The notes: generated by a model not told the origin, from the letters alone. A stretch of 64,000 bases of DNA from a bacterium (GCA_963662285.2 CAXXMV010000002.1:320001-384000), one strand, 5' to 3'; counted from the stretch's first letter, positions 1 through 10,398 are shown. A program made the numbers and translations.

Positions 1-1
1 G

Positions 2-544
2 TGCGACAGCGCTGTAACTGTGGTTAAAAATGAAAATAATATCCTTCCCCTAAGCGGCGTAGAATCAATGACCGCTCTGCTTTTGTCTGACACGGAAGAA
101 AAATGTTCTGACAGTGGAGAAAGTTTCTTCGAAGAATTAAGCATGAGAATGGATACGGATATTTCTTGCGCATCGCTTGATCCGGGGATGGATCAAGAGC
201 AGATTGATTCAATCAACCATATAGTCGAGCACTCAGACGTGTTGTTGGTAGGATTGGTGATTCAGGTGTTGCCCGAAAAAGACAGCGTTGAAATTCCTGA
301 GGAGTACGCCAGGATCATTGATGCAGCAATCAAAGCCAACAAGCAGGTTATTATGGTTTCATTCGGTAACCCATATATTCTGCGCCGTTTTCCGGATGTT
401 ACGGCTTATCTATGCGCTTATAGTTATTTTCAGCCTATGGTAAACAGCGTTGTTGACATCCTGTTTGGTGAACGAATCCCTTATGGTAAACTTCCGGTCA
501 GCATCCCCGGCGTCTGTCCAGCGGGAACCGGATTAACTTATTAG
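2..544 (+). CDS. Glycoside hydrolase family 3 (beta-N-acetylhexosaminidase-like), C-terminal part; 5' end outside window
   Basis: Frame open from position 2 (CDSAVTVVKNENNILPL); GH3 C-terminal motifs SFGNPY, YLCAYS, GKLPVSIPG...GTGL. Confidence 0.85.
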   Translation, partial: CDSAVTVVKNENNILPLSGVESMTALLLSDTEEKCSDSGESFFEELSMRMDTDISCASLDPGMDQEQIDSINHIVEHSDVLLVGLVIQVLPEKDSVEIPEEYARIIDAAIKANKQVIMVSFGNPYILRRFPDVTAYLCAYSYFQPMVNSVVDILFGERIPYGKLPVSIPGVCPAGTGLTY

Positions 545-642
545 AACTGTATATGATGACTGTATTGTTACATTTTGTGATTGGTTACGTTGATAATCTT
601 GTGATTTATTAAAAATACTAAATTTATGTAAAAGGAAAAAAA

Positions 643-2826
643 GTGATTCTGCGTAATATTATAAAACGATTATTCCTGGCTTCGACGTTTGCAGTAATCC
701 TGTTAATTTCTGGAGTTTATGCTGAAGATTCTCCAAAGGCGTCTGCAGAGCATACGGCTCAACCTGCTATCGAGGATTTGCTCAAACGGCTTCCACCAAA
801 GCATCCTAAACTTTTCTTTAGGCCCGAGACCATTGGCGACTACCGCATAAAACTTGAAACTAAATTTTCTGACTACCGGCAGATTTTTTTGGAAAATGCT
901 GAACGACGGTTGAAGGATGCGGTTGGTGAAGTTAAATTCAAAGCAACTGGTTCGAATGAATCCATTCTGGAAAATATCAAATTAAGACAGGATAACCATC
1001 AGATAGTTACTAATGCCGTCGATCATGCCTGTAATCTTGCTTTCGCCTACATGCTTAATGGCGAAAAGCGATTCGGCGTCCGGGCCAGTGAATGGATCAT
1101 GTCGGTTATGGACTGGCCCGCCGATGGCGCGACATCATTCAAAAATGATGATGAAGCGGCAATGAACATTCTAAGCGGCATATCCCGCGCTTATACCTGG
1201 GCTTATGGCGCGCTGAAAGGCGAAGAACGCGATGTTATAATCAAAACTATGTCCCAGAGGGGCGCCGAGGTTTATGCTGTTTTGCGTGATAAAGACAATC
1301 TTTCACCATCCTCTAATGCATGGCATCACCTTGGCGAAACCGCCATCGTATTTATCGATGATATCCCCGAAGCGCACGCTTGGCTTGAATACGCCATGGA
1401 TGTTTTCTACAAGAATTATCCCGTCTTGGGAGATCAAGAAGGCGGCTGGCATGACGGCATCGCCTATTGGAATAAAGATATAACCGCTCTTTCCTGGTGG
1501 ATGGATATCATGAAATCCGCCTTGAATATCGACGGGTATAAAAATTCCTATTTAAGCCATGCGGGAGATTTCCCGCTTTATGTATGCCCCAATGGAAGCG
1601 AGTTCGGCTTTGGCGATGATTCAGATATCTTCTCATCATCCGAACTGAGTCCGCTAATGCATGTTCTGGCTGAACGGGTAGGCAATCCATATTGGAAATG
1701 GTTCGCCATGCAATCTTTCAAGCCAGACAGGTTTAATAATCCCGACTATCGCGACATGCTGCGATTACCGGAGTCTTCGATTTCTCCAGTTGATCCAAAT
1801 AAAAAACTTCCTGATTCGAAGATATTTCATGACGTAGGTATCGCATCACTGCATGTTGAGCCGTTCAAGGCTAGCGACGATGTTCATGTGCTGTTCAAAA
1901 GCAGCCCACTGGGAACTCAAAGCCACGGCTTCAATGCGCAGAATTCGTTTCTGCTCTGGGCTTTCGGTAAACCATTGCTGACCTGGTCGGGGCATCGCGA
2001 CTGGCAGGGCAGCCGCCATCAACAGGATTGGATGTGGGAAACATTCTCTGACAATTGCATAACCATCAATGGCCAAGGGCAGAAAAAACATTCGCCTGAC
2101 GCGCGCGGTAAGATAATTGCTGAATGGCTCAGTCCTGACTTTGATTATGTCGCGGGCGACGCAACCGAAGCCTATGAGGGGCGCTTAAATAAATTTGTAC
2201 GTCATATAATGTTTGTGAAGCCGCGTATTGTGATCATGCTGGACGAGTTGCAGGCGCCCCAGCCCTCAACCTTTCAATATCACTTGAACGCGCCCAACAA
2301 ATTTTCCATCAAAGCGCAATACGAAATCGAAACCAAAAACGATGCGGCTACAGCGCGGATTATGTTCGCAACGCCGGATAACCTTAAGATCACTCAAACC
2401 TCAGGTCCGAACCCGCCATCAATAGGATTCGACCAGACCCAATGGCGGCTTACCGCTGAAACGCCGGATAAAGTTAAAGATACCAGTTTCCTAACTATGC
2501 TTCGACCATATCCGTCAGGCAAGTTGCTTATCGCAAAAATGGAAAACGCCCGGCGTCAAAAAACCAACCTTTGTTTTTATGCTGTAGATTCACATAGACT
2601 GCTTATGGTTCATAATCCAACCCGAGAGATATTCACCTATGGTTCTATTGAGTCGGACTCAGGATTCCTGCTGATGATGAGCTGGGGTGATAGAGAAGAA
2701 GAAGCCTACTTGTTCGTTACTGATGCGACGACAGTTAAAACAGGTCAATACACCATCTTCGAGTCAAAAAAACGCGAACCATTTTTCGTGAAATGGAAAG
2801 ACATTATGGATAAAATCCCGAAGTAA
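643..2826 (+). CDS. Secreted DUF4962 / heparinase II/III-like polysaccharide lyase family protein
   Basis: Signal peptide; HPKLF; GGWHDGIAYW; FGDD; SHGFNAQNSF; NCITINGQGQ; YVAGDATEAY...FVRHIMF. Confidence 0.75.
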   Translation: MILRNIIKRLFLASTFAVILLISGVYAEDSPKASAEHTAQPAIEDLLKRLPPKHPKLFFRPETIGDYRIKLETKFSDYRQIFLENAERRLKDAVGEVKFKATGSNESILENIKLRQDNHQIVTNAVDHACNLAFAYMLNGEKRFGVRASEWIMSVMDWPADGATSFKNDDEAAMNILSGISRAYTWAYGALKGEERDVIIKTMSQRGAEVYAVLRDKDNLSPSSNAWHHLGETAIVFIDDIPEAHAWLEYAMDVFYKNYPVLGDQEGGWHDGIAYWNKDITALSWWMDIMKSALNIDGYKNSYLSHAGDFPLYVCPNGSEFGFGDDSDIFSSSELSPLMHVLAERVGNPYWKWFAMQSFKPDRFNNPDYRDMLRLPESSISPVDPNKKLPDSKIFHDVGIASLHVEPFKASDDVHVLFKSSPLGTQSHGFNAQNSFLLWAFGKPLLTWSGHRDWQGSRHQQDWMWETFSDNCITINGQGQKKHSPDARGKIIAEWLSPDFDYVAGDATEAYEGRLNKFVRHIMFVKPRIVIMLDELQAPQPSTFQYHLNAPNKFSIKAQYEIETKNDAATARIMFATPDNLKITQTSGPNPPSIGFDQTQWRLTAETPDKVKDTSFLTMLRPYPSGKLLIAKMENARRQKTNLCFYAVDSHRLLMVHNPTREIFTYGSIESDSGFLLMMSWGDREEEAYLFVTDATTVKTGQYTIFESKKREPFFVKWKDIMDKIPK

Positions 2827-2924
2827 AATAAATGGATGGATCTGAAATTATGGGTTTGAATGCATTGTTGGATTAAGATAAAGGGATCATTGATAAAGAA
2901 TCCTCAGTTTTCAGGAGTTTGTAA

Positions 2925-4390
2925 ATGACCCTCGAGCGAACGCAAGAGTATCTTCAAGGATTAATCAACGAATTCCTGAAACTACCTTGTGAAACAGAAT
3001 GGATAGAGTTTAAAAAAATAATTCGAATCCAGATGAACTTGGAGAATATATCTCCGCCCTTTCAAATTCAGCAGCTTTGTGCGGCAAGGCGAACGCTTAT
3101 ATGATTTGGGGTATAGATGATTCTACACATGAGATCAAGGGAACGACTTTTAATCCTGCAACTACTAAAAAGGGCGGCGAAGAATTAGAAAACTGGCTGT
3201 TAAATCTTCTGCATCCCAAAATCCATTTCCGGTTTTTCACAGTAAATTTTGATAAGAAAAACGTAGTACTACTGGAAATCGAAAGCGCCTTTCGTCATCC
3301 CGTACGATTCAAAACCGAGGAATTTATTCGAGTTGGTTCGTATAAAAAGCAACTCAAGAAACTTCCAGAGAAAGAGCGGGAATTGTGGAGAATCTTTGAT
3401 CAGGTCCCTTTTGAAAAACAGATTGCAGAAGAAAATCTTTCTGCTGAAGACGTCAGAAGACTGATTGATTATCCAGCGTTTTTTGAGTTACTCAATCTCC
3501 CATTGCCTGATAACGGTCAAAGCATAATCAGTGCTTTGGCTAATGAAGAAATTATTAACCAGGCAGATAACGGGAAATGGTGTATCACGAATTTGGGAGC
3601 TATTCTTTTTGCGAAAGCATTGGATAAATTTCATTCTCTCAAACGTAAATCAGTTCGTTTAGTTCTTTATAAAGGTAATAGCCGGATACAAACCATTCGA
3701 GAACTTGAAGGCAATATAGGTTATGCAATAGGCTTTGAAAAATTGATTGATCATATAACTACCATTCTTCCATCAAATGAGGTAATCGGAAAGGCATTAC
3801 GTAAAAATGTACCAATGTATCCTGAACTGGCGATTCGCGAACTCGTAGCTAATGCCATTATCCATCAAGACTTTTTCATTAGAGGAGCGGGGCCAATAAT
3901 TGAAATATTCGACAAAAGAATGGAAATCACCAATCCAGGAAAACCTCTTGTCGATATCAAACGGTTTTTAGATTCGCCTCCCCGTTCCCGAAACGAATCT
4001 ATTGCGTCTATGATGCGCAGAATTGGTATTTGTGAAGAAAGAGGCAGCGGCATCGACAAAGTTGTATCAGAAACCGAACTTTATCAAATTCCGGCGCCCG
4101 TATTCGAAACCGTAGAAGACAATACGCGTTCTATCCTATTCGCCCATCAACCCTTTAACCAAATGAATAAAGAAAGCCGGATTCATGCTTGCTATCTTCA
4201 TTCCTGCTTGAAATACGTAAACCGAGATTTCATGACTAATACAACGTTACGCGACCGTTTTGGAATAGAATCCAAGAATAGCGCGACTGCTTCAAGAATT
4301 ATTAAAGATACACAGGATGCGGATTTGATCCGGTTATACGATCCCAGCGTGAAAGGGAAATACTCAAAGTACATCCCTTTCTGGGCTTGA
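2925..4390 (+). pseudogene. AlbA_2 (Schlafen-like) + HATPase_c_4 ('RecG C-terminal'-like) + HTH protein, frameshifted at A7 (3012-3018)
   Basis: RBS AGGAG, ATG 2925, reading MTLERTQEYLQGLINEFLKLPCETEWIEFKK. One extra A continues into NNSNPDELGEYISALSNSAALCGK, joining the 3077..4390 frame (RELVANAIIHQDF, ITNPG, CEERGSGID). Unshifted frame stops at 3102-3104. Confidence 0.8.
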
Positions 4391-4406
4391 TCTATTGTTC
4401 AGTTTT

Positions 4407-4540
4407 TTATTTGACGGCCATTTGATAAATGATGCCTAGAGAAGGTCTCCTTGACAAATAGCAAATCATTTAATACCTGTAATTAATAGACTTACGTATT
4501 TAATGGAATTCAGATTCTTATTTGATGGCCATTTGATAAA
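4407..4540. repeat. Pair of 23-bp direct repeats TTATTTGA(C/T)GGCCATTTGATAAA (4407-4429, 4518-4540)
   Basis: 22/23 identity, 111-bp period; each copy holds two ATTTGA hexamers 11 bp apart. Confidence 0.85.
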
Positions 4541-4637
4541 ACAGCCCACCAGAGCCACTGATTATTTTAGAGTTTTTTTGATTGGGTAATTGTCACTCAC
4601 CACGAAAACTATTTTCATAGAACTACTGCTATACTAC

Positions 4638-5999
4638 CTAAACCATCAAGAAAATAATCCAAGCCGTAATCCCTGCCGCTACGCCTTCGCAGACGCTGCC
4701 CAGCGATTGTAATTTGTATCCTGTGGTTACATCCATTTTAGAAAATTGGGTAACCACCCAGAAATAACTGTCATTGGCATGAGATACGAACATGGAACCG
4801 GCGCCGATCATAACCACCACTAAAGCCAGTTGAGATGGCGCGTCGAATCCCAGCGACGACGCCAAAGGCTGGATGATGGCGGCGGTGGTGGTGATGGCTA
4901 CAGTAGATGATCCCTGAGCGGTTTTTATACCGCAGGCGATTATGAACGGCAGCCATATACCAATGTTCATATCCGCCAGGGGGCCGCCAATAGCGTCTGC
5001 GATGCCGGAGTTTTGCAGAACTTTACCAAAAGCCCCGCCTGCTCCGGTAATCAATATTATTATTGCGGCGTTGGATAATGCTTCCCCGACCCAGCCAGTA
5101 GTGGAGAGCATTTGCGCCTCAAGTTTCTTTGGTAACAGAAAAGCCAGTAAAACCCCAATCGTTAATGCTACCACCGGGCTGCCGATGAATCCAATCACGT
5201 TAAGATTAACCAGATTAAAATGTAAATTGAGATTAATAGACTCTACCAGGTTTTCGGGTAAAGACTTAGCAATAGCGTTTATAACTATAAGCAGCATAGG
5301 CGCCAGAATAGGGATAAATGATCTAAAGGCATTCGGAGCTTGCTTGATCTTCTCTTTGATCTGTTCTTCAGTTACATCAGGAGCAGGATCGATGTAAACG
5401 CGCGAAGCGACTGTGATAGCGAACAACCATCCAACTAATAAAGCGATGGCGCTGACAATAACGCCATAGAGGATGACTAATCCCAAATCGGCCCCCAATA
5501 TTCCCGCCGCAGCGATAGGACCCGGTGTGGGTGGAACCATGGCGTGGGTGGCGTAAAGACCAAGGCTCAAGGCGATGGCGCATGACGCCAGGGTTATCCC
5601 CGCCCGTTTGGCCAGCGCCTTCATCAGCGGCGAGAGAATAACAAAACCTGAATCGCAGAATACCGGGATAGAAACAATGTAACCTACAATTGCCATAGCC
5701 AGCGGAACATTCTTTTTGCCAGTCAATTTCAAGACGCTCTCCGCCATAGTGAACGCGCCGCCGGATTTCTCGAGAAAGACGCCGATAATGGTTCCAGCGA
5801 CAATGACGATGCCGATGTATCCCAAGATGCCGCCAAAACCATCATTGACCGATTTAACGATCTCAGCTAAAGGCATTCCGGACAGCAAGCCGAATCCAAA
5901 AGCAGCGAAAAGCAACGACAAAAATGGATGTAATTTCAACTTGGCGGTGGTTATGATGATGAACAAAACGGAAATTAAGAGATAGATTAGCAATGACAT
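4638..5999 (-). CDS. GntP family permease
   Basis: KLKLHPFLSLL, SIPVFCDSGFVIL, VPPTPGP, KTAQGSSTVA, SHANDSYFWVV; likely ATG at 5999. Confidence 0.92.
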   Translation of the reverse strand: MSLLIYLLISVLFIIITTAKLKLHPFLSLLFAAFGFGLLSGMPLAEIVKSVNDGFGGILGYIGIVIVAGTIIGVFLEKSGGAFTMAESVLKLTGKKNVPLAMAIVGYIVSIPVFCDSGFVILSPLMKALAKRAGITLASCAIALSLGLYATHAMVPPTPGPIAAAGILGADLGLVILYGVIVSAIALLVGWLFAITVASRVYIDPAPDVTEEQIKEKIKQAPNAFRSFIPILAPMLLIVINAIAKSLPENLVESINLNLHFNLVNLNVIGFIGSPVVALTIGVLLAFLLPKKLEAQMLSTTGWVGEALSNAAIIILITGAGGAFGKVLQNSGIADAIGGPLADMNIGIWLPFIIACGIKTAQGSSTVAITTTAAIIQPLASSLGFDAPSQLALVVVMIGAGSMFVSHANDSYFWVVTQFSKMDVTTGYKLQSLGSVCEGVAAGITAWIIFLMV

Positions 6000-6163
6000 A
6001 GAATATTTCCCCGCAAAATATTTTTTTCGGATTCTACAAACCACTACAATTATCCAAAAGGATCAAGTTATCGCAAGGGTGATCAATAGGGATTTTATTT
6101 TACAAGAGAGAATTGTGAGACTATGGAGGGATTTAGGCTTAGCAAAAGAATCTATCTTGGTCT

Positions 6164-6373
6164 TCAGGGATAGTAGTCGTCATCATCGTCGCTGTAAAAT
6201 TCTCTGGATATCCAGCGCAATCCCCAAATGTCGCCGCAGGTAAAAGCGATGCAACCCAGGATGAGCCATATATTAAAGAAACCCCAATAGAAATGCGCAA
6301 AAAGAACATAGACCGCTATGTAGAATCCAATGGCGACCGCAGAACATTTTATCCATTCTTTTTTATCGTGCAT
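6164..6373 (-). CDS. Small two-TM membrane protein with acidic tail
   Basis: 69 aa, two hydrophobic segments, same strand as neighbours. Confidence 0.55.
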   Translation of the reverse strand: MHDKKEWIKCSAVAIGFYIAVYVLFAHFYWGFFNIWLILGCIAFTCGDIWGLRWISREFYSDDDDDYYP

Positions 6374-6458
6374 GATCGTTTTCCTACAAAATATTCTACA
6401 TCATAAATATTATGCGGCTAGTACCTTTTGTGGAGCAACAAAACAAATTATTCTTCGT

Positions 6459-7436
6459 TTATTCATTCTTCAAGGTAGTGTCAATTTCATTTTTTTTAAA
6501 TGTTACCTGTGAAAATGATCCTGAGCAGAACGACAAAATCACTAATCCCACTAAAACTGCAAACCAAAGAGTGCATACCCTTATTATCAAAGTCGCAGAA
6601 GTCGCCGTCGCCTTGGGAATGTTGAAAAGCAGAATCAAAACGCCGCCCATAGCCCCTTCAGTCGGTCCAATGCCGCCGGGAGTCATAAGCAAGGCGCCCA
6701 TGATGGTTGCGAAAGCGTAAGTGAAGGTTGTCGGGATGATGGGTAGAGCAGAATTAAATCCCCATAAGACCAGGTAGAAAGCAACGCATTCCAGAAACCA
6801 TGATCCCAGGCTGATTAAAGTGGCCAGAAAAAGTGGTTTGGGTGAGATCAATAGATATGCGCTCTCATAGGCCATATGCAGTTTCTCGGTATGCGCTCCT
6901 ACCACGGGTAATTTTGAGGAAAACTGTATCAGGGCTTCAGCGGCTTGTTTCCAACTGACGATAACCAAAACCAGCGCGATTGAGCTGATGGAGACGCTGA
7001 AGACCATAGCGCCATGAGGTAAATAGGTGATGCCGAGCAGCGCCATCAACACAAAAGCGATAAAATCAGTCAATCGCTCAGCAAGTATGATCGGGGCGGA
7101 GCGGCTCAATGGCGTATCATTAATCTGCTTAACCAGATATGACTTGAAAACCTCGCCGAATTTACCCGGAGTAGCCGACATAACCAGGCCTGCCAGAAAG
7201 ACTTGCAGCGAAACCTTTGGTTTTAGAGGGATTTTCAGTATGGAAAGATAATAATGCCATTTAGTGAATCGAATTAGATAATTGCTAAAAGCCAGGCATA
7301 GACAGATCGGCAGCACCCACCAGCGAAAAGAGGCGAAGGCGGCCAGGATATCCTGCCAGCCACTCCAGATGCACCAACCAAGGTATAGCGCAGCAGCAAG
7401 GGCGATTGTTATATATAGTTTTTTCTTGAAATCCAT
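6459..7436 (-). CDS. Lysylphosphatidylglycerol-synthase TM / flippase-like (UPF0104) protein
   Basis: RFTKW, TPGKFGEVFKSY, ERLTD, PGGIGPTEG, RVCTLWF. Confidence 0.88.
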   Translation of the reverse strand: MDFKKKLYITIALAAALYLGWCIWSGWQDILAAFASFRWWVLPICLCLAFSNYLIRFTKWHYYLSILKIPLKPKVSLQVFLAGLVMSATPGKFGEVFKSYLVKQINDTPLSRSAPIILAERLTDFIAFVLMALLGITYLPHGAMVFSVSISSIALVLVIVSWKQAAEALIQFSSKLPVVGAHTEKLHMAYESAYLLISPKPLFLATLISLGSWFLECVAFYLVLWGFNSALPIIPTTFTYAFATIMGALLMTPGGIGPTEGAMGGVLILLFNIPKATATSATLIIRVCTLWFAVLVGLVILSFCSGSFSQVTFKKNEIDTTLKNE

Positions 7437-7452
7437 AGAGTGGGAAAGCCTT

Positions 7453-8280
7453 TTATTTCATAAATCCAGTTAGATAAAGCGCAATTACCAGGAATCCCAA
7501 AGGGATTGTATAGAAGGCGAATTGATACAGACGACCCTTTTCAATAATCCAGACAAGCATCTTGAGGAACATTACTCCCGATAGGAGTGAAACTATGAAT
7601 CCAGCTGCAGCTGACGTAAAATCGACTGTAATCATAGCCGTTTCTGACACGATTAACTTATAAACTGATGCAATGAAGATGATGGGGATCGACATAAGAA
7701 ATGAATATTCGACGGATTTAGATTTCGAAGCGCCTAAAAGCAATGCTACGCAAACCGTTGATCCAGAGCGGGAGATTCCAGGAATAATGGCAACCGCCTG
7801 AATCAGCCCCATAATCAAAGCGAAATACCATAGGTTTATGGGGAATCCCTTTTGATCATTCTCGATGTTTTTTACGGAAAACGTTGCTAACAGCAGCGCC
7901 CCGGTAATAATGAAAGCAATTCCTACTCCCCAGGATATATCGCGTATGGCCTCGAACTGGTCTTTGAACAACAGTCCGATAACACACGTAATAAAAGTGC
8001 TTATCAGGATGGCTAAGATTAGTTTGCGGTTGCCGGATCTATGGCAATCGTTATCCTGCGCCGGGAACAACGAACTGAACATCTCAATTAACTTTCTTCT
8101 AAAATACAAACAAACCGCCAAAAGAGTAGCCAGATGCAGTAACAAGTCAAAGCCGAGAAATTCGGAAGGTGTATAATTTAGTAGGGTTTCAACAATTACC
8201 AGGTGACCTGAACTTGAAATAGGCAGAAATTCAGTTAATCCTTGAAGAAATCCAAGAAGGCATGATTCGAGAAAAGTCAT
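7453..8280 (-). CDS. uppP: Undecaprenyl-diphosphate phosphatase (BacA)
   Basis: QGLTEFLPISSSGHL and PGISRSGST motifs. Confidence 0.95.
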   Translation of the reverse strand: MTFLESCLLGFLQGLTEFLPISSSGHLVIVETLLNYTPSEFLGFDLLLHLATLLAVCLYFRRKLIEMFSSLFPAQDNDCHRSGNRKLILAILISTFITCVIGLLFKDQFEAIRDISWGVGIAFIITGALLLATFSVKNIENDQKGFPINLWYFALIMGLIQAVAIIPGISRSGSTVCVALLLGASKSKSVEYSFLMSIPIIFIASVYKLIVSETAMITVDFTSAAAGFIVSLLSGVMFLKMLVWIIEKGRLYQFAFYTIPLGFLVIALYLTGFMK

Positions 8281-8383
8281 GTTTAATAAAATAGAAACAG
8301 CTGTGGAGCGTAAAAAGCGGATATAAGCGATTTAACAAACAAACGCTTTCTCTATAGCAACAGCGTGATTCACTCTTCCTGTA

Positions 8384-8737
8384 TTAATCTTTTTTTTGTG
8401 CAGCAAATTTTTCAACGGCGTCTTCTTCACTCTCGAATATTTCGAGCATCGAATAAAACATTGATGTTTTAATGAACTTATGAACTGAATCAGACATATT
8501 ACAAACAGCCACAACGCCGCTGATCAGCGTAATCGCTTTGATGGGGGCGACCAGATGATGCAATACAGAACTTCTTACGGTTGACACTTCAGCGAAATTC
8601 AAAAGTATGATCAATGCCCCTGATTTTCTAACTTCCTGGATTTTTTCTTTCAGTTTCGTAGCCCCATCTAAATCAATATCCCCTTTTAATTTGAGGATTG
8701 TAAGATTTCCATGCGGCATGTTTTCTATACTTATCAT
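8384..8737 (-). CDS. STAS-domain anti-sigma factor antagonist-like protein
   Basis: LKLKGDIDL...LLNFAEV..RSS..., IFESEEDAV. Confidence 0.8.
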   Translation of the reverse strand: MISIENMPHGNLTILKLKGDIDLDGATKLKEKIQEVRKSGALIILLNFAEVSTVRSSVLHHLVAPIKAITLISGVVAVCNMSDSVHKFIKTSMFYSMLEIFESEEDAVEKFAAQKKD

Positions 8738-8906
8738 TTAGAACTCCTGGTATATAAATAGTATTGATAATATAATTAAACAGATTTCCCGTTAAGTGGA
8801 ATAAATATTATAACTGTATTTTACTTTATACAATATATGAGTAAAAAATAATAAAAAAATTACGTTTTTGGGGAAATGCCAAAAGTTACTATTTCATTAA
8901 TACTAT

Positions 8907-9260
8907 CTACTCTTCGGGTGAAGGATTGAGAAACTGAAGCGCTTCTTTTTTATTATCAAAAATATTTAAATAACGATGCCAGGATGCGTTGCGGAATTGG
9001 CGCAAGGCTTTTTTATCAAATTCAGCCAATGCGATAACGCCGCCAATTCTACGGAAGATTTTCACTGGAAGAGCCAGATTTTCTAAATGTTCCGCTCGAA
9101 TACGTTCTAATCCATTACCTAGCAGCAAGATGCGCGTACTGCCCTTCTGGCGTAGATCGGCAATTGATTTAGCCAGACTTTCTATAGCGGCATTATCCAT
9201 CTCACCCTTTAAAGTCAGGACATCGGATTCGTTTTCGAAGGTATGGCAAATATTCGGCAT
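8907..9260 (-). CDS. Divergent STAS-domain protein
   Basis: LTLKGEMDNAAI, GGVIAL, IFDNKKEAL; likely ATG 9260 after GAGG. Confidence 0.7.
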   Translation of the reverse strand: MPNICHTFENESDVLTLKGEMDNAAIESLAKSIADLRQKGSTRILLLGNGLERIRAEHLENLALPVKIFRRIGGVIALAEFDKKALRQFRNASWHRYLNIFDNKKEALQFLNPSPEE

Positions 9261-9543
9261 TCCTTCTACCTCATAGTTGAAACTTCTAATAAATACTAAC
9301 GGCGCCGACCGGTAAGGGTTATGTAGAAAGCGCATTTTTGCTATATTTTGGCTTTCTAGGGTCTGACATTACCCTTGAAAAGACATATATTTAAATAGTA
9401 ATGGATTATATATGATTCATTACTCCAAAGGAACTGTTTTCTGCCAGCATTCCGATTCTCTGGTAATTATTCCACTCTTTGACTAGAATGCGAAGGTAGA
9501 CTACTTATATCCAAGAGATTCGAGCAAAGGAGTATTAGTACCC

Positions 9544-10305
9544 ATGAACGGACAACGGTTGTCCTGGAATACAATTACCAGTTTGTTTTTATGCGCGGCT
9601 TTTATCGGAACAATGGGTTGTTCCAATGTTTCTTACTTAAAGAGAAATGTTAAAGGGCCGTTTTTTAAGGATTCACTCAAAGGCGGCTCCAGCATAGCTA
9701 TCGTGGAGAATGGAGCATTTACCAAGAGTGGATGGTCGCCTGGCAAAGACGGTCAATTGGTTTATGACTTATCAATAATGCCGCAAGGAATGATCTCTCT
9801 TGACGTTACAGGCTTGAATCGAACCGCCGGTGATTCGATTTTCTTGACTTTATTTGAAGCGCCCGACTCGAAATATGCTGATCCTTTCATAAGCAAGAAT
9901 CCATATAAGATTCAACTCTCTCTAAATAACAATGTCACTAATCCAGAAAGCCCCTTCAACTTTTTATGGACTATGAAGACTTTCCCGGAAGGTACGGATT
10001 CCGAATCACGCTATATTGATGGAATTCCTGAGGGAGTGCGTGGTTATGAGAAGATGATAACTTCGGCGCCTATGCCTATTTTTCCTGATGAGGTTTACCG
10101 GATTCAATTGAAATGGAAATCAGGCAAAGCGCAGTTGCTGGTCAATGGCCAGTTATTGGCGGAACATGATTATGAACCGTTAGTCTTTAATGCTGGGAAA
10201 TTAAGATTGGTCATAGGCAAAAGCCCGGTTGGCGATGTTTTCGATCTATCTGACATAACAATTTCTAATGTATGGGTCTCATTCCCATCTGTTTATCAAG
10301 GATAA
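9544..10305 (+). CDS. Putative lipoprotein, LamG/ConA-like beta-sandwich
   Basis: Lipobox-like TMGC; YRIQLKW..GKAQLLVNGQL; RBS AAGGAG. Confidence 0.6.
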   Translation: MNGQRLSWNTITSLFLCAAFIGTMGCSNVSYLKRNVKGPFFKDSLKGGSSIAIVENGAFTKSGWSPGKDGQLVYDLSIMPQGMISLDVTGLNRTAGDSIFLTLFEAPDSKYADPFISKNPYKIQLSLNNNVTNPESPFNFLWTMKTFPEGTDSESRYIDGIPEGVRGYEKMITSAPMPIFPDEVYRIQLKWKSGKAQLLVNGQLLAEHDYEPLVFNAGKLRLVIGKSPVGDVFDLSDITISNVWVSFPSVYQG

Positions 10306-10398
10306 ACAGATGTTATAGATACACTGCCTTCTTTATTGAATAATTGGTAGCATTCAAGAGGCTGGTTTATACAGCCAGTCTCTTGAGTATTAGGGGGT

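Noticed and set aside
4407-4540. 23-bp repeats as a mini-CRISPR
   Set aside because: Only two copies, an 88-bp spacer, no cas genes
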